Assembly (NCBI RefSeq): GCF_001194135.2
Contig: NC_068981.1
Location: forward strand, 167,904,090 to 167,968,089
Length of the DNA: 64,000 nt
Source of the DNA: Octopus bimaculoides
Lineage: Eukaryota
Direction of reading: 5' to 3'
This document shows, piece after piece, positions 38,105-50,985 of the stretch. The position numbers and the translations under genes were made by a program. Below the pieces are notes generated by a model. It was not told the DNA's origin. It made no database searches and saw only the letters and a list, made by a program, of their open reading frames with translations. Each line of letters starts with the position of its first letter. Position 1 is the first letter of the stretch.

Positions 38105-38168
38105 CAGTGATTTTCGACTACTGCCCGGTTCGTGCTGCACTCGTTCCTACGGAGTCGTTCATCAGCTG
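38105..38168 (-). ncRNA. Hammerhead-like motif downstream of a Penelope ORF remnant
   Basis: CAG-CTGATGA-AC-GACT..33 nt..AGTC-GAAA-ATCA-CTG; 3-bp stem I, 4-bp stem II base; U16.1 position is C. Confidence 0.4.
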
Positions 38169-38289
38169 GTATGCCAACAGAGAATTTTTTTTTTTTAATA
38201 TTAACGAATTGTCATTGCCATTCAGTACTACGATACGATGTTTCCATTTATTTATACCCAGAAGATATATCAAATTCATCTTCAATTCT

Positions 38290-38830
38290 GTAGTTTACCA
38301 AGTAAAATTTGTTTTCATGGCAACATTTTGACAATATCTATTTTCATTTGTTTTAAAAGTATTGGTTTGTTTGGCTGTTATATGGCTTCCTCTGTAGCTA
38401 GTTCTTGCTTCATTTCAGTAGAGCGTATTGTATAATACATCCGTCTTTCGATTGACAGACATATCTAAGATAAAGCTGCACCAAATGTAGATTATCAATG
38501 TGGAATACGGTTTTTAAAGCTGCCTTCGCTCATATCGATATAAAAGGTTTGACTTTGTTTTTTGGGTTTTTTCCCCCGTTCTCCCCTTCAGTTGTGTTAC
38601 TTTCGCTTTTGTTTAGCATTTTCCATTTGGAAACCGGTTTCCTTTGTATTGAAATTGTATTTGGCTGGTTGGATGTGGTCCTGGTAGACCTTCAATGTTT
38701 ACCAGTTATTATGCTGCCGATATCTTCGTACTATTGCAAGTGACCCTGAGATTGTATTCAGTAAACGTTTTGTGGATGATTTAAAGTGATATCTGATTAA
38801 GGCTATTCCTGAGTGCATTTGATGCTGTAG
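38290..38830 (-). mobile_element. Penelope-like element remnant (GIY-YIG endonuclease end)
   Basis: FTEYNLRVTCNSTK.IGSIITGK, FYIDMSEGSFKNRI (YIG-equivalent near 38534-38542) and terminal KCCHENKFYLVNY across frameshifts. Confidence 0.7.
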
Positions 38831-38960
38831 TACTGTACTGCGTGATGTGTGTATATACTATGTATTTACTTATATATATGCATAGAGACAAAAATGCATG
38901 AACACACATAAATGCATACATACACAAATGCATACACACAGACACACATACATGCAAACA

Positions 38961-39013
<53 letters not shown>

Positions 39014-39299
39014 TATATATAGATGAAGCATACTATCAAGGGATTAATAACATCGCCTCGAAACCACCTGGTTACGGATTGAAGCATCTAAAATAAGTTT
39101 GTGTTACGACATTATTTGAATGCCCAATGCCTTGTGAGTGAAATTTTCAAAAAATGGTATCTTCTACTTCTAGAAAGTAAACTGCAAAAAGCTTCACTGA
39201 TCTGCTCATGTTGCGTGTTACTTACAGATGTTACGTACGGATTGTAAGTGTTATCGGTCGTATTTCGTGTGTGATTCGGTGTAAGATTGTGTATTATGT

Positions 39300-40075
39300 G
39301 TGTGTACTGTGTCATCGGGTAGAATTGTACTTCCACATGGTGCGTCTTTGTTTTTCAGTGCTTCTCCCCTGTTTGTCGATTTTTGCGATGGCTGAAACGA
39401 AGGAACAGCGTGCTTCTGTAAAATTCTGTTTTCTGCTAGGGAAAACGGCGGCCGAAACAGTTGTCATGTATCAAACAGCTTACAAGGACGCTGCTATGAG
39501 TGGTTTTCACGCTTTAGGAATGGTCACTTGTTGCTTGAAGACCAACGTCGTTCAGGACGATCGTCGACCTTCAAAACGAATAAAAACATCATGAGAATTC
39601 ATAAACCGATCTTGGAGAAACATCACTGAACAACTGACGAATTTGCTGAAACGACTGGTGTGCCCTGGAGCTCCTGACAACGAATTTTGAGCGAGGAATT
39701 GCGAATGAAAAGAGTTGCAGTAAAATTTGTACCTCACCTGCTCACAGAAGATCAAAGGCAGACATGAGTGAATGCGTATTGTAAAACTGAAAGAACAGTT
39801 GTAAGTTGATCCGGACATTATTTTCATAGGTCATCACTGGTGACGAAAGCTGGTGCTACGGAATTTGCAGATGTGGAAGAAGTGAAGAAAAAACGACGGA
39901 GGCATTATAAGGTATCACTTCGCAAGAGTTCCAGGACTGCTTCGAATAGTGGAAAATGCGTCTGGACCGATGCATTGCTTCAAATAGAGAATACTTTGAA
40001 GGCGATAAAAGTGCAAACATGTAAAACTAAGTGAATAAAATAACATTGCAAAATTCCGTCATATTTGTGCATGCA
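39300..40075 (+). mobile_element. Mariner transposon fossil (irritans-like) with internal deletions
   Basis: ATG at 39388: MAETKEQRASVKFCFLLGKTAAET; KFVPHLLT; ITGDESW (39833-39853); WKMRLDRCIASNREYFEGD; many stops; central catalytic region deleted. Confidence 0.9.
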
Positions 40076-40297
40076 CGCATATTTGGTATATATCTGTGTG
40101 TAATGTATCTGCGTGAGTTGATGTACGCTTGTGTATATGTGAATGCGTGTAGGGGTGGATGTGTGTGGAAGAATATATATGCATATGTGTTTGTGTATGT
40201 GTATGTGTATGTGTGTGTGTATATTTCCGTGAATGTATATGCAGGTTTGTGTATATAGGCATATGTGTGCGTCTTTGGTATATGTCTGTGTGCTCAT

Positions 40298-40387
40298 GAA
40301 GAAGAAGAAGAAGAAGAAGAAGAAGAAGAAGAAGAAGAAGAAGAAGAAGAAGAAGAAGAAGAAGAAGAAGAAGAAGAAGAAGAAGAA
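40298..40387. repeat. (GAA)30 microsatellite
   Basis: Direct reading. Confidence 0.97.
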
Positions 40388-40599
40388 GGAAGGGAAGGGA
40401 AGGTGAAAAAGGAGGTGGAAAGTTTGTGGTATTTAGCTACGATCCTTTGCGTTCTGATTTTAAATATCACTGGCGTCGTCTTTTCTGTCTGTATTCTTTC
40501 GGAGTCGGTAAAATAAAGTACTAGTCAAGTACTGGGAGAAGATGGCTTGCGCTAATACCTCTTAATATTGCTAACTTTATGCTTCATAAAATATAATAG

Positions 40600-40775
40600 A
40601 TAATGGTTTCAAATATTGGTACAAGGCTAGTAATTTCGGGGTGGGGATAAGATAAGCCTATCACATCGGCCCTAGTACTTATTTTATCGACTTCGAAAGA
40701 ATGAACACAGAATGTAAAGACGGACGAAATTCCGTTTAGCATTTTGCCTGGCATGCTGACGATTCAGTTAGTAGG
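40600..40775 (-). mobile_element. Degraded SINE family A
   Basis: ttttatcgacttcgaaag..cagaatgtaaagacggacgaaat..agcattttgcctggcatgct. Confidence 0.6.
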
Positions 40776-42175
40776 GGTCATATTAAATGTTTTACAGTAT
40801 TTAGTTTCGTTCCCTTGAAAATCATACAAACTCCGTTAAACTTTGCTTCTAACGGAGTACCCCTGGTTACAAATATTTAGCTAGACTCTAATTTTAATAA
40901 AATAAGTATCTATCATGTACTGGGGGATGGGGTCATTTCGAATTTTGGTCTCGTGTTAAATTAAGGAGTCAAGATATATATCATGCAATACCATATGGTA
41001 TGATATAGCAATAATAAAAAAAAAACATAATCAACAATAAAACTCGAAAAAAGTTAGGTGACAGTGTGTGTGTTAGTGTGTTATAAATAAGGAAGTATCT
41101 TGGTTTGCTAAAATATTGAATCAACTATTAATCTTAATACACGAATCACAAACCAGTAAAATATGAAAAAAATCTAATATAGTCTAAATCATAGACTGTA
41201 ATACAGAAAGCCTATTATGTAATAAAAAAACTGTATAGTTTATTAATGGTACTTATTTCATATATCCCGGAGAGATGAAAGCCAGTGTCTATTTCGGTCT
41301 TCATTTGAAAATGGAATCGAGTTTACATAACTGAGATACTACAATTCCGTGTTTTACTGTTTCAGTTGCTTTTAATGTTTTCAACAGAATTGATTTTTGT
41401 CGCTTCCTAACGCAAATACTCTATTTTATTCTTATTTATTTTCCTTATTACTGTCGCGCCATCGAAGATTGGGTCTTTAAAACTGTGCTTCGTCTCCAGC
41501 AATGTATTCTGCTGTTACTCTTCATCTATTACCACCAGAAGTCTCAGCCCCCCTGCAAAGATTATCGACCCTGGTTTTCCTCCTCTCACAAAGCCGTAAT
41601 GCGCACACACGTGCACACACACACACACACATTCAAATTTTGTGTTAGAGGCAGATCAATAATGTAAACGTTATCAATATCACATACGCAATGTATGTGT
41701 AGTTAAACACTTGTAACTGCAGTGTTTCGTCTAAGGTAGGTTCCTTTAACGACGTATAGAGTTACAAAACACAGTATACTGCTAGGCGAAAAGAAAATGA
41801 CCCCGGAAGTGAATAAGAACGACAGATACCGATGTTTTGCAATCTTTGCTGCTCATTGATACTGTATATATATATATATACATATGTACTCGCCTCACTT
41901 CCGAAACGAGTACGTAGCACCCAGCCAGCAGTATATACAAATTGTGTAAAATCTATTTGCTGATGTGGAAAAGTGTCGCACAAGTTCAACAAAATAGAAA
42001 TTTCATGTTAGAAGCATCAAAATAATGTAAACATTATCAATTTGTATATAGTTTTAGCTGGCTGTTGCGAATTCGTTTAGAAAATGAGGTGAGTACACGA
42101 AACCGATGAGTAGGAAAAAACTGTAAATTGTCAATATCTGTCGTTCTCATTCACTTCTCGCGGTCCCTTTTGCCG

Positions 42176-42275
42176 AAGTAGAAGATACTTGCCCAAGGTG
42201 CCACGCAGTGGGACTGAACCCGGAACCATGTGGTTGGTAAGTAAGCTACTTACCACACAGTCACTCCTTCGCCTA
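42176..42275 (-). mobile_element. SINE family B head
   Basis: agtagaagatacttgcccaaggtgccacgcagtgggactgaacccggaaccatgtgg..ccacacagtcactcc. Confidence 0.85.
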
Positions 42276-42367
42276 TATATTGTATTTTTTACCTTTTTAT
42301 ATTTTTAAAGGGGCCTGCCTTAGACGGAATAGCGCAGCTTCAAGCATTTAACGCACATACATTTGTT

Positions 42368-42792
42368 ATATTTTATCTTTTACTTGTTTCATTCATTAGA
42401 CTGCTGCTGTGCTGGGGCATCACCTTGAAGAATTTTTAGTCGAATGAATTACTCACATTACTTAATTTTTCTTATCTTTTTTTTTTTTTTGCTAAGCCTG
42501 GTACTTATTCTATCGGACTCTTTTACCGAACCACCAAGTTACATGGATGTAAACACATCAATACCAGTTATCAAGAGGTGGTGAGGCACAAACACAGACA
42601 CAAAAACAGACATGCATATATATATATGATGAGCTTCTTCCAGTTTCCGTCTACCAAATCCACTCATAAGGCTTTGGTCGGCCCGAGACTATAGTAGAAG
42701 ACACTTGTCCAAAGTGCCACGAAGTGGGTCTGAACCCGAAACCATATGGTTTGGAAGTAAGCTTTTTACCACATATCCAGGCCTGTGCCTGT
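42368..42792 (-). mobile_element. Full-length SINE family B
   Basis: Head, CORE-like segment, internal (TA)/(TG) repeat and 3' tail ...tgaaacaagtaaaagataaaata all present. Confidence 0.85.
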
Positions 42793-42839
42793 ACTTCAAG
42801 TATGTGAAATATGTGTGTGTGTGTATGTGTGTGCGTGTA

Positions 42840-42880
<41 letters not shown>

Positions 42881-44064
42881 GTTAATATCAAAAAGTGAGA
42901 ACGAGTGCTCAACACCGCGTTGGTGGATAAATATTCTTTATTTATGGGTTATCCAGGATTCTGTTGGTTTCATGTTAAGAGAAGTATATCTTTTAACAAT
43001 TATCATGCCTGTCACATGACACACTGGTATTCGTCTCCATCTTAGATGAAAACACCAAGATGTCATATCTATCAAATGTTAGCTCAAAAATTAAAATGTG
43101 GAATAATAACTAATTGCAGTGATTTTTATATAATTTAATTTGAAGTATAACAATGCTTAAAGTTCATTAAAAAAAAAACGCAACACTTGTATGAAACACT
43201 TGACTTCCACTAATACTAACTATAACTTGAGGCTCCATTATACAAAAGGAATAATCGTTGAAACATTGGAGCGTTATTTGTATATCGATTAGATTTATAT
43301 GAGATGACGCTTTGTGTAAACATTGTATTTGAAGAGACTGCTTTCTTTGAATGCTGTTAATTAGAGATGTTGATACTAAAATTTAGAAAAGTCTGTGGAT
43401 TTGCTAATTTAAGATATTGTTTCATTAGTCACATATGATATCATATATCATACAAATTTCCCATATGAATCCTCTATACTTTATTTAAAGATGCTTCATT
43501 ACTGTTGAATACAAAATGAATGCAAACTTTAATATACCAAGGGAGATTCTATAATTTATTAAAATCAAGGAGACGTAAAGAGAGAGACGTGAGCAGAGTA
43601 TTCCAATGAGGAAACAACAAATTAAATATAAACAATCTATTGTCATTCTTATTAAGACCAGCATATGTATATAATTGTTACAATTTGACACTATTAGTAT
43701 AGCAAAATGATGAAATTCGAAATATCTTACTACCTCGCTAATTTTTTTCTGTGCTGTTATTGCTTTCTTTTAAATGTTTTTTGTATATTCTTTGCGAGAG
43801 CTGAAGTTGGCCAAATGAAATTGTCCATCCATCATCAGACGGGTTTCTGGTTCGGTATCTTATGTCTGGCACTGAACTCTCAAATGAACATAGATAATCT
43901 AGCTACCAATAGTTACTAGTAAGGGATACTATATCAACCTTGCAGGCATACCAGAAGCAATGCAAAACTGATGAATGCTTCGGAATTCCGAAGTCTTCTC
44001 TGCTTACGTCTTCGACAGAGGGTTGCACTGTCAGGCAACCTTGCCATTATATCTGCTAGATAAA

Positions 44065-44420
44065 GTGAAACACTGGGGTCGATGTAATCGACTAGTCTCC
44101 TCCGCCAAAATTTCAGCTCTTGTACCTTTAGGATTATTATTATTACTAAAGCGTACTGGAGTCGATCTAATCGACTGGCTCCCTCCCCCAAAATTTCAAG
44201 CCTTGAGCCTATAGAAGAAAGAATCGTTTGCACACCGGATGACATGCTTAGCAGCAAGTCTTCTAGTTTTACAATCTGAGTTCAAATTCTGCCGAGGTCG
44301 TCTTTGCGTTTCATCCTTTCATGGTCGATAAAGTAAGTACAAGTTGGGTGCTGAGATTGATATAATCAACTAGCCCAGTCTATAAAATTCCCGGCCTTGA
44401 GCCTAAAGTTGAAAGAATTA
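44065..44420 (+). mobile_element. Cluster of three family A SINE pieces
   Basis: Two 3' halves (ctgg.gtcgat.taatcgact..aaaatttca) followed by a longer copy with gagttcaaattctgccgaggtcg. Confidence 0.7.
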
Positions 44421-45618
44421 TTAAATTATTATTATTGTTAGTAGTATTAGTGGATAAAGTTAAAGGGATACGAGTTGACATGGTAATGTGGAGGGATGGC
44501 TTAAATGTGTTTCCGTACATTCTCAAAATTCCAGTTTTTTTTTTAATCAAAACAGACCAGGCCTGACTATGTCTATCACCATTTTTGATCTGTTAAAATA
44601 AGTACCTGTTGCATACTGACACCAACAGACAAGCAGTTTCATCGTTATTTTTTAAGTAACAGGGTGACAGAAATCCTGAAGTACTAAAAAGAATTAAGTA
44701 GTTGTGTCCCTTTATAATTTGAAATCAGTTTGTTTTCTTTTCATCTTCCTTGAGTCATTGCAATAAGCACTAGTAATATATGGAAATGGATTCAGTCTAT
44801 TATATCCCCAAGCCTTACAAATGCCTGGCTTTGTAACAATGTAAGAAATCAATACAATTCTTTATTCCATTTAGGTCCATTTCTATGGATGTATGTATAA
44901 TTAACTTATCACGCTTGTAGCTGTTTTTCTTTCCTCTTCACAATATGGTAACAGTTTATAATAAGTAATTTTTGTTTGCATTGTTTTGTATATGTTTATA
45001 TACTTTCTAAACATGAATTTTATATTTATGAAAGTTGTTGCATAGGTAACATGAATAGGAATCCCTATGTCTGTAGCCTCAAGCAAGCATCATCTTTTTA
45101 GTTTCACGATAATTTTTTTCTTCTGACCGTATGTTCTAGTATGCTTAACGAGGTACTTCTCACATGAACGCCAAAAGAAATATTTCATCGGCTTTCCTTG
45201 TAGTTTAATCGGTTTTCACACGTTTGATATTCTCTTATTTATAATTATCTGCCTTTAGGATTACATATTTTCCGAATACAAAATTGCTCTATGATCTCTG
45301 AAGATTATACAGAATAGTCACTCTTCTACATCTGCTCAAGCTTTCAAATCTTGTCGTCCAGCTGTGCTTGACGATTTGACGACTACTGTTCATATTAAAA
45401 TAATAACATTCTCTCATTATCAAGATTGTCAGGAAAAGCTGCGTGAAGTGACAGGAACTGACAAGAGAAGAGTGGATTAAATATTGCTTCTTTCGCTATT
45501 ATTTGTTTGGTGAGCTGTCTCTATTGTTAGCTGGCATATATATATTCTGAGGCGTCGGTTTCTAAGTTCAAATTCCGCTGACGTCGTCTAAATTCTCAGT
45601 AATATACTAAGAACGTAA

Positions 45619-45810
45619 AGCGGCGGGCTGGCAGAGTCGTTAACACGCCGGGCGAAATTACATTCTGAGTTCAAATTCCGCCGAGGTCGACTTTGCTTTC
45701 TTCCTTTTGGGATCGATAAGATAAATACCAGTTGAGCTCTGGAGTCGATGTAATCGACTTACACCTTCCCCGACATTGCTGGTCTTGTGCCGAAACTTGA
45801 AACCAACATA
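45619..45810 (+). mobile_element. SINE family A with internal deletion
   Basis: aagcggcgggctggcagagtcgttaacacgccgggcgaaat..ttctgagttcaaattccgccgaggtcgactttgc..ttgaaacca. Confidence 0.82.
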
Positions 45811-46567
45811 CAACATTAGAAAATTACTTAACTACTCTTGAATGTGATAGGAAATTATACTAGTCGAATATTTGTGCGAAAAAGACATGGCTAATATTTC
45901 GTATTTCTCTTGAAGCGCGAAAAACAATCGCTTTAGTTTCAAGTATTAATTGAAAGGATTTCTCTTAAGTAAAAAACCAAGATTGTTAGGATTTTTTTTT
46001 TTTTTTTTTTGCTGTTGTTATTGACCAAATGTTTTTCAGCGGCGAGCATAACGTCTTTTGTTTGTCAGACAACGTATCTAGGCCCATACTTTCGCGTCCT
46101 TACATTTTTAAGATGGAGGAGGGTGTTGCTTGAGGAAGATTTGACTACTATTTCAAGCTGATCGCGCGACCACGCAGAAACTCCTTCCTTTTGCCACTGG
46201 TATATTTTTTGTAAGGTGTCGGGAAGGATGCTTCAAAATATGAAGTCAGACGCTTCACTGTTCTATGTAAATATCAACAAGATACTGCAGTCGATTCAAT
46301 TGTTTACATCCCTACCTGTTGTACTTAATCATCGAGACAGACAGAAATACTGTCAGCGTTTTGTACTTAAGCATAAAACATTTTCGCAAAAGCAGACAAT
46401 AAGCATCAGTATGTCTAAAAACTATTGTTATGATGCCCAGGTGAGACCAAGACCTTTACGTCAATGTCATTCGTGCTTAAAATGTTTAAATGTTTAAGCC
46501 TTGGACTGTCTTTTACATTAAAAAAATTATTCAAAACAGTATATAGTGCCACCTGCTAACAGTTATT

Positions 46568-46915
46568 CTAACCCTTTTGTAACTCGGTATCCTTTACATC
46601 GAATGACATTTTATAAACGCCCCTTCACACATTACAGTATATAGGCACACACATATATACCCATCCACACACACACACACTCACACACACGCACATTTTA
46701 TCTGTGTATTATCAAAGAGAAGCACATTTTGCCCCGTGGGGGTTTTTTTTCTGTATTTTCTCATAGTATCCTAATCAGCATATTGCTCATTTTAGATATC
46801 ATTCATGTGGGCTAGTACCCACTATGTTCGATATTTATGGAAATTAGTGATGAAGGTGAGAATTTATATTGAATCATCAATTATATGAACTAAAGGTCGG
46901 AAGGGAACGGGTTAA
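46568..46915. mobile_element. Possible old piggyBac-type non-autonomous element
   Basis: CTAA-CCC left end and GGG-TTAA right end; TIR similarity beyond CCC is poor. Confidence 0.3.
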
Positions 46916-46974
46916 ACTACCTGCATCAACCTGCTATAAAATCAGATAGTAATTTTACCTTGTATTTATTTTTA

Positions 46975-48033
46975 GTGCAGACGAATATTAATGCAGTATA
47001 TGGGGATCGGACAATAAGCGTAAGCCAGTGTCAACGGTAGTTCCAGAAATTCCGAGCCGGAAACTACAGCTAAGAAGATGAGCCTCGCCCTGGAAGATCT
47101 GTAAAGCTTGACTAGGACGTCCTGGCGGAACAAAATCCCATCATAATTGTTGAGGAACTAGCAGAGAAGCTTGGATTTGGTCCTTCAACTATTCATCGAC
47201 ACTTGCGTACCATCGGAAAAGTCAGCAAATTGGGTCAATGGGTTCCTCACAAACTTTCCCAGTCTAACCGCGCGCAGAGAGTGAATGTGTACTCTTCTTT
47301 GTTGTCATGTGTCACGAATGAACAATTTTTGGACCGAAGAGTGACTGGTGACGAGAAATGGGTTCTCTATAAAAATGTCAAGCGCCGAAGACATTTGGTA
47401 GGAAAAGGAGAAACACNNNNNNNNNNNNNNNNNNNNNNNNNNNNNNNNNNNNNNNNNNNNNNNNNNNNNNNNNNNNNNNNNNNNNNNNNNNNNNNNNNNN
47501 NNNNNNNNNNNNNNNNNNNNNNNNNNNNNNNNNNNNNNNNNNNNNNNNNNNNNNNNNNNNNNNNNNNNNNNNNNNNNNNNNNNNNNNNNNNNNNNNNNNN
47601 NNNNNNCAGCGCTAGAAGGAAAACGACCATCTTTGGTTTCAAGACGAAAGGTGTTCTTCCATCAGGATAATGCTCGGCCACATACAGCGAGGATGACATT
47701 CCAAAGGCTGGAACAGTTTGAATGGGAAACGATGCCCCACCCACCATATTCGCCGGACATTGCCCCATCTCATTATCATTTATTCTTTAGTCTTTAAAAT
47801 CATTTGGACAGAAAAATATGAATTCTGTAGACGAGGTCAGAACAGTATTGGAGGAGTATTTTCCGTTATGGACAAGTGAATTTTGGAAGAGGAGCCTTGC
47901 AAATCTACCAGATAGATGAAGAGCATTGTAGAAAATGAAGGAGAGTATATTTTAGATTAAAAAAGGACTTTGTCTTAATTTTCAAAAATATAAGAAGTAT
48001 TTAAAAATCACATTATTTATGGGATGACCCAAT
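46975..48033 (+). mobile_element. Mariner transposon fossil (cecropia/Hsmar1-like, DD34D), 5' end missing, with an internal gap
   Basis: WVPHKL (47239), TGDEKW (47344-47361), HQDNARPH (47660), HPPYSPDIAPSHY (third Asp replaced by His); 3' TIR-like cattatttatgggatgacccaat at 48011-48033. Confidence 0.93.
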
Positions 48034-49197
48034 GCAATGAAAATATATTTGATATTTGACTCAATAGTCATCTTTCGGCTCATTGCTATCATAATAATCT
48101 ACTAGTCCAAATTGTGACAAAGGGTTTTGAAAATTTATTTGAAAGATATAAATATTGTACCTGGTTTAAATATTTTATTTCTAAGAAAAATTTCATCCCC
48201 GTTACACATCCAACACTATAGCCATCACTTGACAATTGCTCTACCTCCCTGTGAGAACACAACAGCGACACAGGGTTGTTTTCGCCTTAGTTAAGAACAT
48301 CCTTGCTAAAGCAAATAGTTATTCGAAAATAAGCATTGTCGAAATATAAACGTTCAAAACGAAGTATATTAGTAGAACACTACAATCTAAACCTACTGGC
48401 AGGCGACAACACAATTGTTTAGAATCTTCGAACAGAAAACTGATGATATGTGAATGACAAGAAGATTGGATGTTGCTTGCAGCAGCGATGCGATTACGTC
48501 ATGTAAATTAGCAACGTAAGCTTTAGATTATGTCTTTATTGTTTATTCATATTTGTACTGTTGTCCTCAGCCGACTTAGTTACTTTAGTAATCAAATATT
48601 TACTTTACTGATAGCTTCTAGATGATAGAGTTTTCGAGAAAGTGTATACAGTGCTTAATAACAATCTTGAATTTCTCTATAAAAGATATTCTCGCGTTTT
48701 CAAGCAAATTCGGTTTGATGTTGATTGATTGAATTGGAGAAATTAATAGAAGAAAGTTCAGAAGCTTTCGTTTGATTTTTTAAAACATATATAGATACAT
48801 ATATAAATGAGTGTGTGTTTGTATACATTCATGTTTACATACATTTGTGCATGAGCGTTTACATATATCCATGCTGGCATACATATATATATACGTACAT
48901 ACATATTTACAAAATATATGCATACTTACAAACAGAAAATGCCGATTGTATCATACTAGTATGAAGGATATTACTTACATCATCACTAGATGCTCCCAAA
49001 ATCTCTGTAAAATCTTAACTTTCTGTGAGACACAACTTTATTGCCGAACCTATTTACAATGCTTTCTGCATGAACGAGTGTCCTGATAGTCATCCGAAAG
49101 ACATTCTAGAGTCAGAATGTGTTTACATTTTTAAAAATAAAGAATACTGACGGGGCATTTCAAATAATAACAGTTGTTGCGATAAAAATAGTCTATT

Positions 49198-49398
49198 CTT
49201 TTCTACTTTTCTACTCTAGGCCCAAGCCCCGAAATTTTGGGGGAGGAGGCCAGTCGATTAGATCGACTCCACTACGCAACTGGCACTTAATTTTTCGACC
49301 CCGAAAGGATGAAAGGCAAAGTTGACCACGGCGGAATTTGAAGTCAGAACGTAAAGACAGACAAAACACCGATAAACATTTCGCCCGGCGTGCTAAAG
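49198..49398 (-). mobile_element. 5'-truncated SINE family A with 10-bp TSD
   Basis: TSD atagtctatt at 49188-49197 and 49399-49408. Confidence 0.87.
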
Positions 49399-50066
49399 AT
49401 AGTCTATTGCAAATGCAAAAGACGCAATACTATTCTATGGGGCTGAGAACAAAGAACATGCACTGCTGTAAAGGTCAGAATCCATGTGGATCTGAAAGTA
49501 CCGTTTAAAGTTGTAGAGAGAGAAAACATTTATGGGAAACTAATGAGGAACTTACACATTTTGTACCCAGGCTGTAGACTCTCATTCCAATTATATTAGG
49601 CACATCAACAGATGTGCATAAAATCAAGGAAATACTGGGACTTTTCAAAGGATATCCAAAGTAAACTGATTTGCAATTTTCAAATCCAGTCGGTTACTGG
49701 TACAGCTAAAATGTTTAGCACGTTCTAAAGATTCTCCATTTGAATTTCCAGGTAAGTGCATGTGGCATATACACACACTTACACATTGAGTGATATTGCA
49801 TGTAATTATGTGCTTTATACACGTATACACTCACTTGGTGAGTGTAAGTGTAATCACATATACACTTTCATGTAAGCACACATTAATTCATTCACATATT
49901 CACAAACCTCTGGAATTGCTTTGATTCAAACAAAAAGTATTTTCATATTGTTTGGTCGTGACCAGATTGAATGCTGCGAAGAATTAAAATAAATCTCAAA
50001 GCAACAATAAATACATACGTATATACCCACCCACCCCCACTCACACACACACATACAACCAACCAA

Positions 50067-50114
<48 letters not shown>

Positions 50115-50117
<3 letters not shown>

Positions 50118-50506
50118 GAAGTCAGCTGCCCGGCAGATATAAATATCTCTTTGAAAATCAAAGAAAAGAGGATATCTATAGACAACTGCTTCGAACCCTT
50201 CACTTTCTATATCCAGACTATGAATTCATATTCATACCAATGATAATGGGAGTACTAGGTTTTGTTAGTAAATGCTTAAAGGGGAATCTCGATAAACTGA
50301 GATTTTCAGAAAGAGAAATCAACTGGCTAATTAGTAATTACAAGTGCAATCTGTGAGTGGAACAGTAAAAATATGCAAGACTTTTCTCAAGCTCCAAATG
50401 TGAATTTGTCTGTGTTAACTGCATCCCAAAGAAGGAGCCTTGTATCTTTGCTGGAAACCGGCTCCCTCTTTAGTGGTAGATTTATAATAATTAAAAAATA
50501 GAAGTG
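50115..50506 (+). mobile_element. RLE LINE alpha 3' fragment, unit 1
   Basis: VEVSCPADINISLKIKE..YRQLLRTLHFLYPDYEFIFIPMIMGVLG..VKICKTFLKLQM*; (ACAT) tail. Confidence 0.87.
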
Positions 50507-50516
50507 ACATACATAC

Positions 50517-50920
50517 GCATCGTCATAGAAGTTAGCTTCTCTGCTGATATAAGTATCTCTTTGAAAATCAAAGTGAGAGAAGATAATTACAGACAACTGC
50601 TTCAAAGCAGAAACAGATCTTCATCGGAAGCTCGTACTTTCTCTTCTGTTATTCTGGAAGTAGTTGGCGCACTTGGTTTTGAAAGTAAATGTCTACGGAT
50701 AATCTACATAAGCTGTAGTTTTCAGAAAAAAAAATCAGCTAACTACTTTGCTCATTACAAATGCAATCTGTAAGTGGAACAGTAAAAATATGCAGGACGT
50801 TTCAAAAGTTTAAAACCTGAATTTGTTCTTTATTACTCCCATTTCAATGATGGAGTGCTGCATCTTTGTTAGTAAGTAGCTCCTTCCTTGCAAGAAAATT
50901 TCAAATAATTAAAAATAGAA
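50517..50920 (+). mobile_element. RLE LINE alpha 3' fragment, unit 2 (more decayed)
   Basis: IVIEVSFSADISISLKIKVREDNYRQLL..VVGALG..GTVKIC; followed by (CA)n and (CATA)n. Confidence 0.8.
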
Positions 50921-50985
50921 TACATGCACACACACACACACACACATATATACATACATACATACATACATAATGATTGCCTCAT

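Noticed and set aside
38108-38168. Plus-strand 61-nt exon candidate (tttcgttcAG ... GTATGC)
   Set aside because: Splice signals are plausible but the peptide is unrecognisable, and the island is better explained as the minus-strand terminus of the adjacent Penelope remnant. It is not fully excluded.
41501-41597. 96-nt region open in all three plus frames between AG and GT
   Set aside because: Weak donor, no homology recognised, and open frames of this length are expected by chance.
43978-43993. 16-bp palindrome cttcggaattccgaag preceded by CTGATGA
   Set aside because: No GAAA/stem III follows, so it is not a hammerhead; an isolated palindrome of this size is unremarkable in 64 kb.
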